Shown here piece by piece: positions 17,334-26,504 of a stretch of DNA of 64,000 nucleotides. The notes under the pieces were generated by a model that searched no databases, had not been told where the DNA came from, and saw only the letters and a program-made list of their open reading frames with translations. The stretch lies in IMG/VR virus record IMGVR_UViG_3300027917_000018, positions 1 through 64,000 of that record; one strand, written 5' to 3'. This DNA is from a virus (Duplodnaviria; Caudoviricetes). The position numbers and the translations under genes were made by a program. Within the stretch, counting starts at the first letter, position 1. Every line of letters begins with the position of its first letter.

Positions 17334-18998
17334 ATGCAGCAACTATTAGAAGGCACACGAGGGGCGGTCCCCTTCATTGTCGACCGCTCGAAACCGTGGG
17401 TCACAGAAGATCATCAGGGATCGCTGGGCACACGTATTCCAGGACGATTTTCCATTTGCGATTGCGTTAACGGCAACAAGCGCCGTTACCCGAAGCGCGT
17501 GTGGGAGAAAAACTTGGCCGAAGGGAGCCCGCTGCGACAAGCGATTGCCCGAAATGCTGCCTTTGGGCTCCTGGAGCACCCCTCCAACGGCCAAGTATCC
17601 CACCTTTCCCCAATCTGCATCCTCGTGACCGACGCCAAAATGGTCGAGGTCAAAGGTGAGGAGGGCAGGCCCATCACCGAAGTCCACGGTGAAATCACCA
17701 TTTTGAACACGCCGGAAGGCCAGCGCCTGCGGGCGCTGATTGAGGCGGGCTACAACCCGCTGGTCTCCAGCCGTGGATTCGGAACCGTCGTCCAGGCCAC
17801 CGATGGCGTCGACGAAGTTCAGGAAGATTACGTTTGTGAAGGCTGGGATGTGGTCATGAAGCCGTCCTTCGAGAAAGCGGAGGTATGGGCGCATGGCGAG
17901 GCCCAGGAGTCCAAGAAAGAGGCCAGTAAGCCCCAGGAAGAGGCCAAGAAACCCGAGGCCAAGAAACCCGAGGCTGAACTGGTCGTGACCGAGGACCGCA
18001 AACCAACAGATGTGAGGGAGACGGCAGCTCCTTCCCAGGTGGCAGCAGCCGAAGCTGCTGGCAGCGCTAAACCTCAACTGACCGAACAAGCTATGGACAT
18101 CAAAGACATCAAGACCCGAATCGGTGCTCTGCGCGCCGCCTCGGTGCCGAAGGAACCACAACGGTTCGCCGAAGGGATGGCTGAGATGGCCGATCTGCAC
18201 CAGGAGATTGCCAACTACGTCGCCGAGGACACGAAGCGTTCGTGGCAGGGCACGCAGCTCCATGAGCAGGTCAAGGCCATTGAGACCACCTGGAGCGAAT
18301 CCGCGCAGGCCCCGGCCCGGCAGGCGAGCAAGCTCACGGAGGACTATACCAAAGTTCTCCGGGTGACCAAGGCGCTCGGTGAGTCGGCTGTGAGCCTCAA
18401 GAAAAAGCTGAGCGAAGCGCTCAAGCAGCGAGGCGAAGCCGCCGAACTTATCGAGGAGCTGACTGAACGCGGCCAGGGCTGGGTAGCCCTCGCTGAAAAA
18501 CGCAAGGAGCTGATCGAAGAGCTGGAGTACAAGCTCAACGTGGCCTGTGAGGCGCTCGACATCGTTGCCGAGACCTATTGGGCCGACATGACCGACCTCG
18601 GTCGGCGTGTGATCACCCTTGAATTCGGCGAAAAGGCCCAGGCCGAAGACATTCAAAAGGCGCTCAAGGAAGCCAAGATGCCGAAGGACATCGTGGCGAT
18701 CCGCGAGAAACTGGAGCCTCAAAAAGAGGCTAAGGAAGGTGAAAAGGAAGAGGAGGACGAGGACGAGAAGAAGGAAGAGATGAAGGAAGAGTCCAAGTCT
18801 GACGAAACCAAAACCGCCGCCGAAAAACAACAGGAAGCCAAGGACGACAAAAAGGAGTCCAAGGTGCCTGTGACGGAGAAGAAAGAATCTGAGAGCGAAA
18901 CTCCGCCCTCGCTCGAAGAACGTGTGCTGGTTCCGAGTGTCCGTACGATCGATGAGTCGGTCGATATGGTCCGTCGGCTGTCAGCATCCGCCAAGTAA
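17334..18998 (+). CDS. gp21: prohead protease (T4 gp21-like) fused to a coiled-coil scaffold-like domain
   Basis: NGNKRRYP...GLLEHP...ILNTPEGQRLRALI...VSSRGFG...WDVVMKPS match the gp21/S77 protease; long charged helical C-terminus; directly upstream of the capsid gene. Confidence 0.88.
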   Translation: MQQLLEGTRGAVPFIVDRSKPWVTEDHQGSLGTRIPGRFSICDCVNGNKRRYPKRVWEKNLAEGSPLRQAIARNAAFGLLEHPSNGQVSHLSPICILVTDAKMVEVKGEEGRPITEVHGEITILNTPEGQRLRALIEAGYNPLVSSRGFGTVVQATDGVDEVQEDYVCEGWDVVMKPSFEKAEVWAHGEAQESKKEASKPQEEAKKPEAKKPEAELVVTEDRKPTDVRETAAPSQVAAAEAAGSAKPQLTEQAMDIKDIKTRIGALRAASVPKEPQRFAEGMAEMADLHQEIANYVAEDTKRSWQGTQLHEQVKAIETTWSESAQAPARQASKLTEDYTKVLRVTKALGESAVSLKKKLSEALKQRGEAAELIEELTERGQGWVALAEKRKELIEELEYKLNVACEALDIVAETYWADMTDLGRRVITLEFGEKAQAEDIQKALKEAKMPKDIVAIREKLEPQKEAKEGEKEEEDEDEKKEEMKEESKSDETKTAAEKQQEAKDDKKESKVPVTEKKESESETPPSLEERVLVPSVRTIDESVDMVRRLSASAK

Positions 18999-19040
18999 CC
19001 AAGTAAGCGGAAAAGAGAAACCTCAAACTCAGTTACACGT

Positions 19041-20498
19041 ATGGTACTAACAAGCAATGGAAGACCGGTACTTGCGTCGAACGGCGGACATCTCAGCCGA
19101 TTCACCGAAGTACTGGAATGGGGCCACCATTTGGCGAATACGCCGATTGGTGTGCCGAAAGGATCGCCACGGGGCCTTTGGGAAGCCAAAGGTTGGAAGG
19201 AATTCGTGGAACACATGCCGGAGCACAAGCGCGCTCTCACAGCCATCATGCTGGAGAACTGCCGCAGCCGCTTCGGTCAACTGGACGAGGTCACCAGGAC
19301 CACTTCGCTCGGCACGTTCGACAAGTGGATTTTCCCGGTGATCGCGAACATGTCCGAGAACGACGTGATCGACCAGCTGGTTGCGCTGCAACCGATGGCG
19401 GGTCCGGTCAGCCAGATCGTTTACATGGACATCGTGACGGGTCGTCGGAAGGGCCGCACCCCTGCCGGAGCGCCGATGTGGCGTGCTCTCCAGGGCGCTG
19501 TGGACCGCGATGACGACGCCGACGAGTACGTCCAGGACGAGACCGGCACGGCCACCAACAACGGTGGCAATGCCGCGATCACCCTGGAATGGACGCCTCT
19601 CCGCGCTGGAACGCTGTCTGGCACCGCCAACGCGGTCGCCATTCAGGACGACGGCAATGGCAACATCATCGACGCTGGTGGGACCTCGATCGGGACCATC
19701 AACTACGTGACGGGTGCCATTTCCATCACCGGTTACGGGGCCGCCACCTACACCCTGAGCTACGCCTTCAACTCGGAAGGCAACATCAACATCATGGACT
19801 ACGAGCTGAAGCTCAGCTCGACGCCCGTGACGGCGAAGGTGATGAAGCTCAAGGCAGTGTGGTCGGAAGAGGCCGATCAGAACCTTCAGTCGATGTACAA
19901 CATCAAGGCTGAGCCGGTTCTGTTGAACGCCTTGACCAACGCGCTCCAATACCAGAAGCACCGCCAGGTCATCTTCGATCTGCGTGCGCGTGCGGACGCT
20001 GGCTTCGTGAGTTGGGATGCACTGGCCCCGGCTGGTGTGAATTACCAAACCCACAAGTTCTCCATCATCGATGCGTTCGAGACCAGCTCGAACTTTATCT
20101 TTGGCGCGACGAACATGGTCGCGGGCAACTGGCTGCTCCTGGGCCTCCAGGCGGCAACCGTGGTTTGCACGCTGCCTCAGTTCGTGTCGAAGAACAACCG
20201 GACCCAAATGCAGGGGATCACCTACCTGGGTGACCTCGGCAACAAGAAGGTCTTCGCCGATCCTCACTACCCGAACAACGAATGGCTGGTCGGCCACAAG
20301 GGCGATCAGTTCCTGACGACCGGGTACGTGCTGGCTGAGTATCAGAAGCTCTACACCACGCCGGACATCGTCCTGCCTGACTTCCTCCACCAGCGGGGTT
20401 TTGCGACCTCGTTCGCCCGGAAGGTCGTCAACAGCAAGATGTACTGCCGAGGCTTGGTGCTGAACTCGCCAGTTGCGTTCGGCCAGACCATCGGCTAA
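19041..20498 (+). CDS. gp23: major capsid protein, T4 gp23-like
   Basis: TAIMLEN...LVALQPMAGPVSQIVYMD...VTAKVMKLKAVWSEEADQNLQSMYNIKAE..L.NAL; followed by a terminator. Confidence 0.92.
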   Translation: MVLTSNGRPVLASNGGHLSRFTEVLEWGHHLANTPIGVPKGSPRGLWEAKGWKEFVEHMPEHKRALTAIMLENCRSRFGQLDEVTRTTSLGTFDKWIFPVIANMSENDVIDQLVALQPMAGPVSQIVYMDIVTGRRKGRTPAGAPMWRALQGAVDRDDDADEYVQDETGTATNNGGNAAITLEWTPLRAGTLSGTANAVAIQDDGNGNIIDAGGTSIGTINYVTGAISITGYGAATYTLSYAFNSEGNINIMDYELKLSSTPVTAKVMKLKAVWSEEADQNLQSMYNIKAEPVLLNALTNALQYQKHRQVIFDLRARADAGFVSWDALAPAGVNYQTHKFSIIDAFETSSNFIFGATNMVAGNWLLLGLQAATVVCTLPQFVSKNNRTQMQGITYLGDLGNKKVFADPHYPNNEWLVGHKGDQFLTTGYVLAEYQKLYTTPDIVLPDFLHQRGFATSFARKVVNSKMYCRGLVLNSPVAFGQTIG

Positions 20499-20520
20499 GC
20501 CTGAACTAGGCTGATAATCA

Positions 20521-20550
20521 AAGGCCCCGAGGAGCGATCCTCGGGGCCTT
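20521..20550 (+). terminator. rho-independent terminator after the capsid gene
   Basis: Perfect 13-bp stem aaggccccgagga / tcctcggggcctt with a GCGA (GNRA) loop. Confidence 0.85.
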
Positions 20551-20573
20551 GTTGCTGTACAGGACGCTGACTG

Positions 20574-20615
20574 TTAAAGATTGTTGTTGACAGCTAAGGT
20601 GTTCAGGTCTAGCTT
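20574..20615 (+). promoter_or_regulatory. sigma70-type early promoter 1
   Basis: TTAAAGA upstream box, TTGACA (20587), 17 nt, TAGCTT; ATG 6 nt later. Confidence 0.75.
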
Positions 20616-20621
20616 TGTGCT

Positions 20622-21014
20622 ATGGTTGAGCCACATCTTATAGCCTACGCGCTCGCACTACTGGCCGTTCTGTTCGTTACCAGCGGCTTTTGGGCCGGAC
20701 CGCAGATATTTCTCACAGCGTCGCGTGCCTTGATGGTCATTGTGCCTTGCCTTGTTCTCCTCTCCATCGTCTTGGTGGTGCTCGCGGCGAAGACGGGCAA
20801 TGGCTGGAGCATTTTTATGTGCTCCGGCCCTCTGATGGGGTTCGTGATCGCTTTTCTGAATCCTGCCAATAGGGAACCCTGGGTCGGTGCCGTCAAACAG
20901 GTCAAGCGCCTCGACACCAAGACCCCTTGGGGAGCCTCCATCGCCGTGACCTCCGGCCTTTTCGTTATTGGGCTCATTTTGGGCTTTTGCAGGTGGGTGG
21001 GCCTCATTTCTTAA
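20622..21014 (+). CDS. small multi-pass membrane protein
   Basis: About four hydrophobic segments in 130 aa. Confidence 0.7.
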   Translation: MVEPHLIAYALALLAVLFVTSGFWAGPQIFLTASRALMVIVPCLVLLSIVLVVLAAKTGNGWSIFMCSGPLMGFVIAFLNPANREPWVGAVKQVKRLDTKTPWGASIAVTSGLFVIGLILGFCRWVGLIS

Positions 21015-21052
21015 AGAATTTTGTTGACGGCTAAGCGCCTTGGGTCCATATT
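21011..21052 (+). promoter_or_regulatory. sigma70-type early promoter 2
   Basis: TTAAAGAATTTTG-TTGACG, 17 nt, CATATT; ATG 9 nt later. Confidence 0.78.
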
Positions 21053-21061
21053 TGTATCGCT

Positions 21062-21667
21062 ATGACGATGCAAACCTACGACGCCGCCGGAAACCCAGTC
21101 GGGCCGGATTCTGTCTTCTGCGCCAATTGCGGGCAGCACATCAAGAACATCACCTACTTCCGGGGCAAGCCCTACGGCCCCGAGTGCATCAAGTACATGA
21201 CCGGGGAGGCTCTGGAGAACTGGGTCGTCCGGCATGGGCACATCGACGAGGAGGCGACAGCCCGTCGAAAGGCCGACCGCGAGGCCCAGCAGGCTGCCTA
21301 CGACGCCGCAGCCGCCAAGGCCAGGGCTGACCGCCAGGCGCGCTGGGAAAGCCGCAAATGGCTCGTGGACGCGATTTGGCCCAAAGACCAGTGGCGCGAG
21401 CTTCCTGACGAGGCCGGATTTCGGCGCTGGATCATGCCGGACAACGCGTTCCTCATGTACAACCGGCAGCACGATGACTTCAGCGCCAATGGCTGGAGCG
21501 CCTTTCTGATTAGCCGCGTGCTCAACGACGCCAGCTTCGATGGATGGCTCTGCGACAAGTTGGCCGACTTCATCGCCAAGAAGGAAGGCCGTCGCAACAG
21601 CAAGGCTTACACGCGCCGCTATGACGAACTGATGGAGAGGCTGGAGCAGGAAGGGGTGGCGGCGTGA
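21062..21667 (+). CDS. hypothetical protein with N-terminal Zn-ribbon-like motif
   Basis: CANCGQHIK...YGPEC; follows promoter 2. Confidence 0.7.
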   Translation: MTMQTYDAAGNPVGPDSVFCANCGQHIKNITYFRGKPYGPECIKYMTGEALENWVVRHGHIDEEATARRKADREAQQAAYDAAAAKARADRQARWESRKWLVDAIWPKDQWRELPDEAGFRRWIMPDNAFLMYNRQHDDFSANGWSAFLISRVLNDASFDGWLCDKLADFIAKKEGRRNSKAYTRRYDELMERLEQEGVAA

Positions 21668-21864
21668 ACACGGCGGTATGCCCATTCTGCAACTGGACAG
21701 CCAAGGCGACTGGCGTCTGGAGGCAGCATTACGCGGCTCGCGAACACATGGCCAAGGAGCACCCGGATCGCTTTGCCGACCTGGAGCACTGTGAAAACGC
21801 TGTCCGGCTGGAAATCAGCCGCCTCATTCGGCATTACGGCCAAGCGGCGAGCCGACGCTATTAA
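21664..21864 (+). CDS. small C2H2-like zinc-binding protein
   Basis: CPFC...HMAKEHP; GTGA-coupled to the upstream gene. Confidence 0.55.
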   Translation: MNTAVCPFCNWTAKATGVWRQHYAAREHMAKEHPDRFADLEHCENAVRLEISRLIRHYGQAASRRY

Positions 21865-21902
21865 AGAATTTTGTTGACGGACAAAGCGTTCAAGCCCATA
21901 TT
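21861..21902 (+). promoter_or_regulatory. sigma70-type early promoter 3
   Basis: First 20 nt identical to promoter 2 (TTAAAGAATTTTGTTGACGG); 17-nt spacer; CATATT; ATG 6 nt later. Confidence 0.78.
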
Positions 21903-21908
21903 GCTGCC

Positions 21909-22154
21909 ATGAATCTGACTGTCATTGAATCCCCGTTTAAGACCTTGCCTGCTGGGACCAAGGTCGCCCTTATCAATTTCGCGCAGACCAACGACATCTG
22001 CATCCACGCGCCCGAGGATTTTGCCGAGCTGGGCATCCTCCAGGCCGCCACGGTTCAGTTCAACACCAACATCGGGCGCGGTGGCCGGGCCACGACGCGC
22101 ATCCACATCAACGGATTCCTGAACCGAAAGCGCGGTACGCTCGTGGTCGAATGA
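21909..22154 (+). CDS. hypothetical protein
   Basis: 81-aa ORF starting right after promoter 3. Confidence 0.65.
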   Translation: MNLTVIESPFKTLPAGTKVALINFAQTNDICIHAPEDFAELGILQAATVQFNTNIGRGGRATTRIHINGFLNRKRGTLVVE

Positions 22155-22232
22155 CTTTGCTACGCGCCCGACTGACCGGGCGTGGGCATCAACCCCGCTA
22201 GGCCGACGGAGAAATCGGCCAACCAAAGTAAC

Positions 22233-23447
22233 ATGAATACACAGCAAGAAACCAAGGTCGCCGAGTTCAACAACGCATGGAAGGGCAGGGGCAGCCTGCG
22301 CAACCTCGTGGACGAGCTTAAGCGCCAGAAAGACACCCGGTTCGACTTTGTGTCGGACCTACGCCACCTGAACGTTCAGGAGGGCACGAACTGCCTGCTC
22401 CTGGGGCCGCAGACGCCCGAGGCGGGCGAGTGGCTGCCGGATGGACCCATCCCGTTCAACGCCAAAGCCGCCGGGCAGCTCGGCGACAAGTGCGATCCCA
22501 AGATTCCCCGGAAGTTCTTCGACGCGATGCTGGAGAAACGTGCCGGGCGGCTGGTGCAACTGATCAACGGCCTCCACACTGATAACCCCTCCAAGCGGCT
22601 TGTGCGCTGCCTCGACGGCAAAGTCCGGGCGTGGCTTTCGGACAGCTACCGCATTCTCGATAACTTCGACCTCGCGTTTACGTGCATGGACGCCGCCCAG
22701 CGGGTGGAAGCCCAGGTTCTGGAAGCAAATCTGTCGGACACGCACATGCGCATCAAATTCACCACCCAAAGCGTGTGGGACAAGGTGGACATCACTCAGC
22801 GCAGCGGCCCGCAAGGCGGCTGGTTTGCCGGGGCACTCGGCAACCGCGACCTTCAGGGGCAGACCATTCTCGGGGCCACGATCCGCGACGAGCTGCCCGG
22901 AGGTCCTGGCACCGTTCATCCCATCGTTACGGTCGGCAATTCCGAGACCGGCCACGGCGGGCTCCACGTCCGTATCGGCATCCTTATGGGCATCTGTTTC
23001 AATGTCGCCACGCTGGAGGACGTGATCACCCAAATCCACCTGGGCGAACGCATGGAAGAAGGCATTTTCTCCCAGGACACCATCGCCACCGACAGCAAGG
23101 CCATCATGATGAAGGCCCGCGATGCCGTGCTGGCAGCCTTCGACCAGGAGAAATTCAAGGCGATGGTCGCCAAGGCCAAGAAGGCGCAATCGGACACGAT
23201 TGACAAGCCCAGCGCCGCCGTGGATCACCTGATCGAGGCCAGCGACATCAACCAGGAACACAAGGAAGCCCTGTTGGAGTACTTCCTCAAGGATTACGAC
23301 CAGACCCGTTTCGGGCTGGCCCAGGCCGTCAGCCGCCTGGCGCAGGACATTGAGGACCCCGATGCGGCCCACGAGATGGAGCGGATCGCGGGCAACGTCA
23401 TCAAGAACCCGTCCCTGGCCAAGGTGGAAGAGCTTGTCAGCGCCTAA
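22233..23447 (+). CDS. DUF932-like protein
   Basis: LVRCLDGKVRAWLSDSYRILDN and VGNSETGHGGL...ICFN resemble DUF932 proteins of phages and mobile elements. Confidence 0.65.
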   Translation: MNTQQETKVAEFNNAWKGRGSLRNLVDELKRQKDTRFDFVSDLRHLNVQEGTNCLLLGPQTPEAGEWLPDGPIPFNAKAAGQLGDKCDPKIPRKFFDAMLEKRAGRLVQLINGLHTDNPSKRLVRCLDGKVRAWLSDSYRILDNFDLAFTCMDAAQRVEAQVLEANLSDTHMRIKFTTQSVWDKVDITQRSGPQGGWFAGALGNRDLQGQTILGATIRDELPGGPGTVHPIVTVGNSETGHGGLHVRIGILMGICFNVATLEDVITQIHLGERMEEGIFSQDTIATDSKAIMMKARDAVLAAFDQEKFKAMVAKAKKAQSDTIDKPSAAVDHLIEASDINQEHKEALLEYFLKDYDQTRFGLAQAVSRLAQDIEDPDAAHEMERIAGNVIKNPSLAKVEELVSA

Positions 23448-23470
23448 CGGCGCACGTCATAGCGACAAGG

Positions 23471-23500
23471 GGCTGGTTCCCGAGAGGGGCCAGCCTTTTT
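23471..23500 (+). terminator. rho-independent terminator closing the early cassette
   Basis: ggctggttcc-cgaga-ggggccagcc (10-bp stem, 2 G-U pairs) followed by TTTTT. Confidence 0.75.
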
Positions 23501-23783
23501 AATTGCAGGAAGGGCACGTAGCGGCTCGGCGACCGCCCCTGCCGCGCTTTCTCTGGCAGTGCCGGAGCGCGTTGACAGCCATCTGGAGGACCTCCGCGTC
23601 GTCGGTGAAGCACAGGGCGTCCGAGCGCTTGCGGGCAAAGTACATGCCCGGCGAAAATTCGTCTTCGGTGCCTTCGGGGCCAGGCGGCGTCGGCGGCGTC
23701 GGGACCAGCGGCAGGAAGTAGTCCGCGTAGTACTTCGCCGGGAAGTACTTTTGGAACCATCTGCTGATCTGCTGGCCTGCCAT
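23499..23783 (-). CDS. hypothetical protein
   Basis: 94-aa ORF coupled to the upstream minus-strand gene. Confidence 0.5.
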   Translation of the reverse strand: MAGQQISRWFQKYFPAKYYADYFLPLVPTPPTPPGPEGTEDEFSPGMYFARKRSDALCFTDDAEVLQMAVNALRHCQRKRGRGGRRAATCPSCN

Positions 23784-24418
23784 TATGGTGTTGCGTTGAG
23801 CGTGACCGTAAGCCGTTCCTGGTCAGTCGGGTCGATGTCCGATGTGACCCTGGACACCGTGCCGGTGGAGACTTGCAGGAATTGCACCTGGTCTCCAATA
23901 ACTACCGATTTGCCCAGCTGAACGGCGGCGATCAGCCGGTAGAGGGCCTCGGCGCTGTAGCCTGCGTCGATGATGTGGCTCCAAACGGCTTGGCTGATCT
24001 GAGCGATGTTCAGGTCCGTCAAGGCCCCGCTGGTCTCGATGGCGCTCGGGAGCGTGGATGTTCGGCGCTCCACGGCGATGCTGAAACAGGGGTCCATCAG
24101 GGTGTAGTCCATGATGGGGTCGCCCGCGAACTCCGGGAAGATGTTGCCTGCCAGAATCAGCTTCGAGGAATGGTAAAGCGTAATTGGTGCAATCCTCCAA
24201 CCATTGATGAGAAAAAAGGTGGCCCCGACGTATTCGCCACCACCGATCGGCTCGCCGCCGATGTTGCTGAAGGCCGCAACCCACTTGGAATTGTCGCCGG
24301 TTAGCACCCATTCCTTCCAACGGGAATAGAGCCATTGAACATCGACCGTCAGTGTGGTCTCGCCAGACTCAAACTGAACGATGATGTTCTTCTCATTCCC
24401 ATCGAAGGTCAGGATCAT
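23783..24418 (-). CDS. putative virion structural protein
   Basis: ILTFDG..K.I...LYSRWKEW...AF..IGGE..GG..Y.G..FFL.NGWRI; shares a motif with 26505..28406. Confidence 0.6.
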   Translation of the reverse strand: MILTFDGNEKNIIVQFESGETTLTVDVQWLYSRWKEWVLTGDNSKWVAAFSNIGGEPIGGGEYVGATFFLINGWRIAPITLYHSSKLILAGNIFPEFAGDPIMDYTLMDPCFSIAVERRTSTLPSAIETSGALTDLNIAQISQAVWSHIIDAGYSAEALYRLIAAVQLGKSVVIGDQVQFLQVSTGTVSRVTSDIDPTDQERLTVTLNATP

Positions 24419-24420
24419 CG

Positions 24421-26049
24421 CTACGGGTTCAGGTATTGCCGGTCGATCACTTGAAAGACCGGCACGATTTGGTTTGTGGTTGCACTGTAATTCTCAATCG
24501 ACGTGTTTTGATAGGCCAAACAGATGATGCGGATGTCCACAGCCTCGCCGCTGGGCAGGCTGAATGTGTGCTCGCCGGTCGTCACGTCTTCGGCCCCGGT
24601 TCCAGGAACTTCGTCGGTCGTCCCATAGTAGAACACGCGAATCTCGGTATGATTTTGCAGGCCGGTCAGGGTGATGTTGACCGAGGACACAAAGATGATG
24701 AGCGCGCCGTTGGACCGGTAGGACGGCGTGGACATGCCGGTCAGGTTGACGGTGACGGTTCCGGTGGTTCTCAGGAATTTAAGGGCGGCGTCGTCGGTGT
24801 TGTTTGACCCGTTGTAGTTGGCGAACGTAATTTCATTCAGGGTCAAATTTGTTCCAGTGTCCGTGCCGAAGGCAATGGCGTGGCAGTTGTTAACCCCGGT
24901 GAGCCCCTTGCTGAAGTACATTTCGTCCAGAAGGCCGTTTGGATCGATGGTACCGGTCCAAAACAAGGCCGCCGTGTCAGTGGCAACCTGGGAGGCTACG
25001 ACCTCGCACCCGGTCAGGTCGGCTCCACGCGGGGTAATCGTGCCGCAGCGCTGAAACAAGGTATTCGTGACTGTGGAGTTTGGGTTGAATGCGAACGTGT
25101 CCCATCGGATGAACTGACAGGCGTCAATGTTTACGTTCGCGTCCTCCAGCACCGCGAGTTTGCCCTTATTGACGGTGCTGATCGGCGAATTACCGTCCCA
25201 AATCGAGTTGAAAATGATGTTGCTCCAGTTGATCCACGAGTTTGGATTTTGAATCTGAATCTGCGTGAAATTCGCACCAACGCGAGGGCAGTCGTCGAGC
25301 GTGATCTGCCTGTCTGCGTCGCTGAAATTGACGATGGTGCCGTAGCCGAGCGTAATCAGCCCCTTCCAAAGGTAGCCGCCACCCTGCTCACGGAACAGGC
25401 CCCAGCGGTTGGACTGCTGGTCATTTTGCAGGGCCATGCCGTCGAAAGTGGCGTAACCGTTGGTTTCGTCGCCTCCCCAAACGCGGTATTGACCGCGACC
25501 CCACCGGGCCGCGTCAGCAGCGAAGGGATTTCCTTTGCTGATGCCTGTGGTCGTGGAAGCCGCAAGCCCAGCGTACTGGTAATTGCCAGCTGTTGGTGTG
25601 CCGACCGTACCGTCGGCGGTCACCCTGGGGTCGACGGCGACATTTTTCCATCCGCCGTACGGGTTGGGCGGGTAGTCCTCACCGCCCGAGAGAAAGTACC
25701 TGAAAGCTCCACGGCTATTGCCTGCGACAACCATCTGGCCTGGGAAGGCGGAAGAAGTGCCCGCTACGTCGTCTAGGGCGTTGGGCGCAGCCCAATACTG
25801 CCAAATGAATATGGCACCGTCTGTTGGCAGCGCTGGATTCGTCCCCGCATTGGCGATAAGGGTGCATTTGCCGGTCTTGGTCATCGTCGATGACATGCAG
25901 CCCGCACCCTGGATGTAGTAGTCCGTCTCGATCGACAGCGTCTGCGGAACGCCATCGTCCCAGTTACCGTCCGTGGACTCGTCCCAGTTCGTCGTGGCCT
26001 CGGCGAGGTCGAACGTGCTTAGGTCAGTCTGGTAGGTTGGGGCTCCCAT
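24421..26049 (-). CDS. putative tail-associated beta-rich structural protein
   Basis: Thr/Gly/Asn-rich 542 aa with beta-helix-like repeats; no enzyme motifs recognised. Confidence 0.6.
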   Translation of the reverse strand: MGAPTYQTDLSTFDLAEATTNWDESTDGNWDDGVPQTLSIETDYYIQGAGCMSSTMTKTGKCTLIANAGTNPALPTDGAIFIWQYWAAPNALDDVAGTSSAFPGQMVVAGNSRGAFRYFLSGGEDYPPNPYGGWKNVAVDPRVTADGTVGTPTAGNYQYAGLAASTTTGISKGNPFAADAARWGRGQYRVWGGDETNGYATFDGMALQNDQQSNRWGLFREQGGGYLWKGLITLGYGTIVNFSDADRQITLDDCPRVGANFTQIQIQNPNSWINWSNIIFNSIWDGNSPISTVNKGKLAVLEDANVNIDACQFIRWDTFAFNPNSTVTNTLFQRCGTITPRGADLTGCEVVASQVATDTAALFWTGTIDPNGLLDEMYFSKGLTGVNNCHAIAFGTDTGTNLTLNEITFANYNGSNNTDDAALKFLRTTGTVTVNLTGMSTPSYRSNGALIIFVSSVNITLTGLQNHTEIRVFYYGTTDEVPGTGAEDVTTGEHTFSLPSGEAVDIRIICLAYQNTSIENYSATTNQIVPVFQVIDRQYLNP

Positions 26050-26489
26050 TGTCTTTCCTTGTTCAGAGCCGCTCCAAGAGCGTTAAAAACCTCCTGCGGC
26101 GTCCTGCCTCGGCTGGACAGCAGCACGTGCTTGGCGCTTCCGATGCCAATGACGCAATCAATGCCGTTTCGGAGCATCGACCGAATAAGATCGCTGGCTA
26201 AGCCCATCTTCCAGGCCGACGGAGTCGTGGGGTCGACTAGGCCGATGGCCGTCTGTTCGTCGACGTACTCAAAAACGACCCCACTTCGGTCGGGCCGGAG
26301 GTCGTCGGGGAAGTCCTGGCGGCGCAGCCACAGGCAGGTGTATTCCGCGCATGCGGCAGGGCGGTAAGACTCGTGCCAGATGCGGCAGCTTGTCCGCGTA
26401 CAGTGCTCGCACCAGTCTCCGGCCTTCTTACCGAGCGCAGCTACCGGGACAAGTTTGCAGCATAGGGCACATGGTCCGCACTGGCGCAT
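26019..26489 (-). CDS. CxxCxxCC (YkgJ-like) metal/Fe-S-binding protein
   Basis: CGPCALCC...CEHC...C.I...RP..C..Y.C.W pattern. Confidence 0.7.
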   Translation of the reverse strand: MRQCGPCALCCKLVPVAALGKKAGDWCEHCTRTSCRIWHESYRPAACAEYTCLWLRRQDFPDDLRPDRSGVVFEYVDEQTAIGLVDPTTPSAWKMGLASDLIRSMLRNGIDCVIGIGSAKHVLLSSRGRTPQEVFNALGAALNKERQWEPQPTRLT

Positions 26490-26504
26490 CGCTTAGGGCA
26501 ACTA

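Noticed and set aside
17346-20390. Long antisense ORFs (17346..18830, 19047..20390) opposite the protease and capsid genes
   Set aside because: Shadow ORFs from GC-rich codon bias; the plus-strand products carry clear family motifs and the antisense translations do not.
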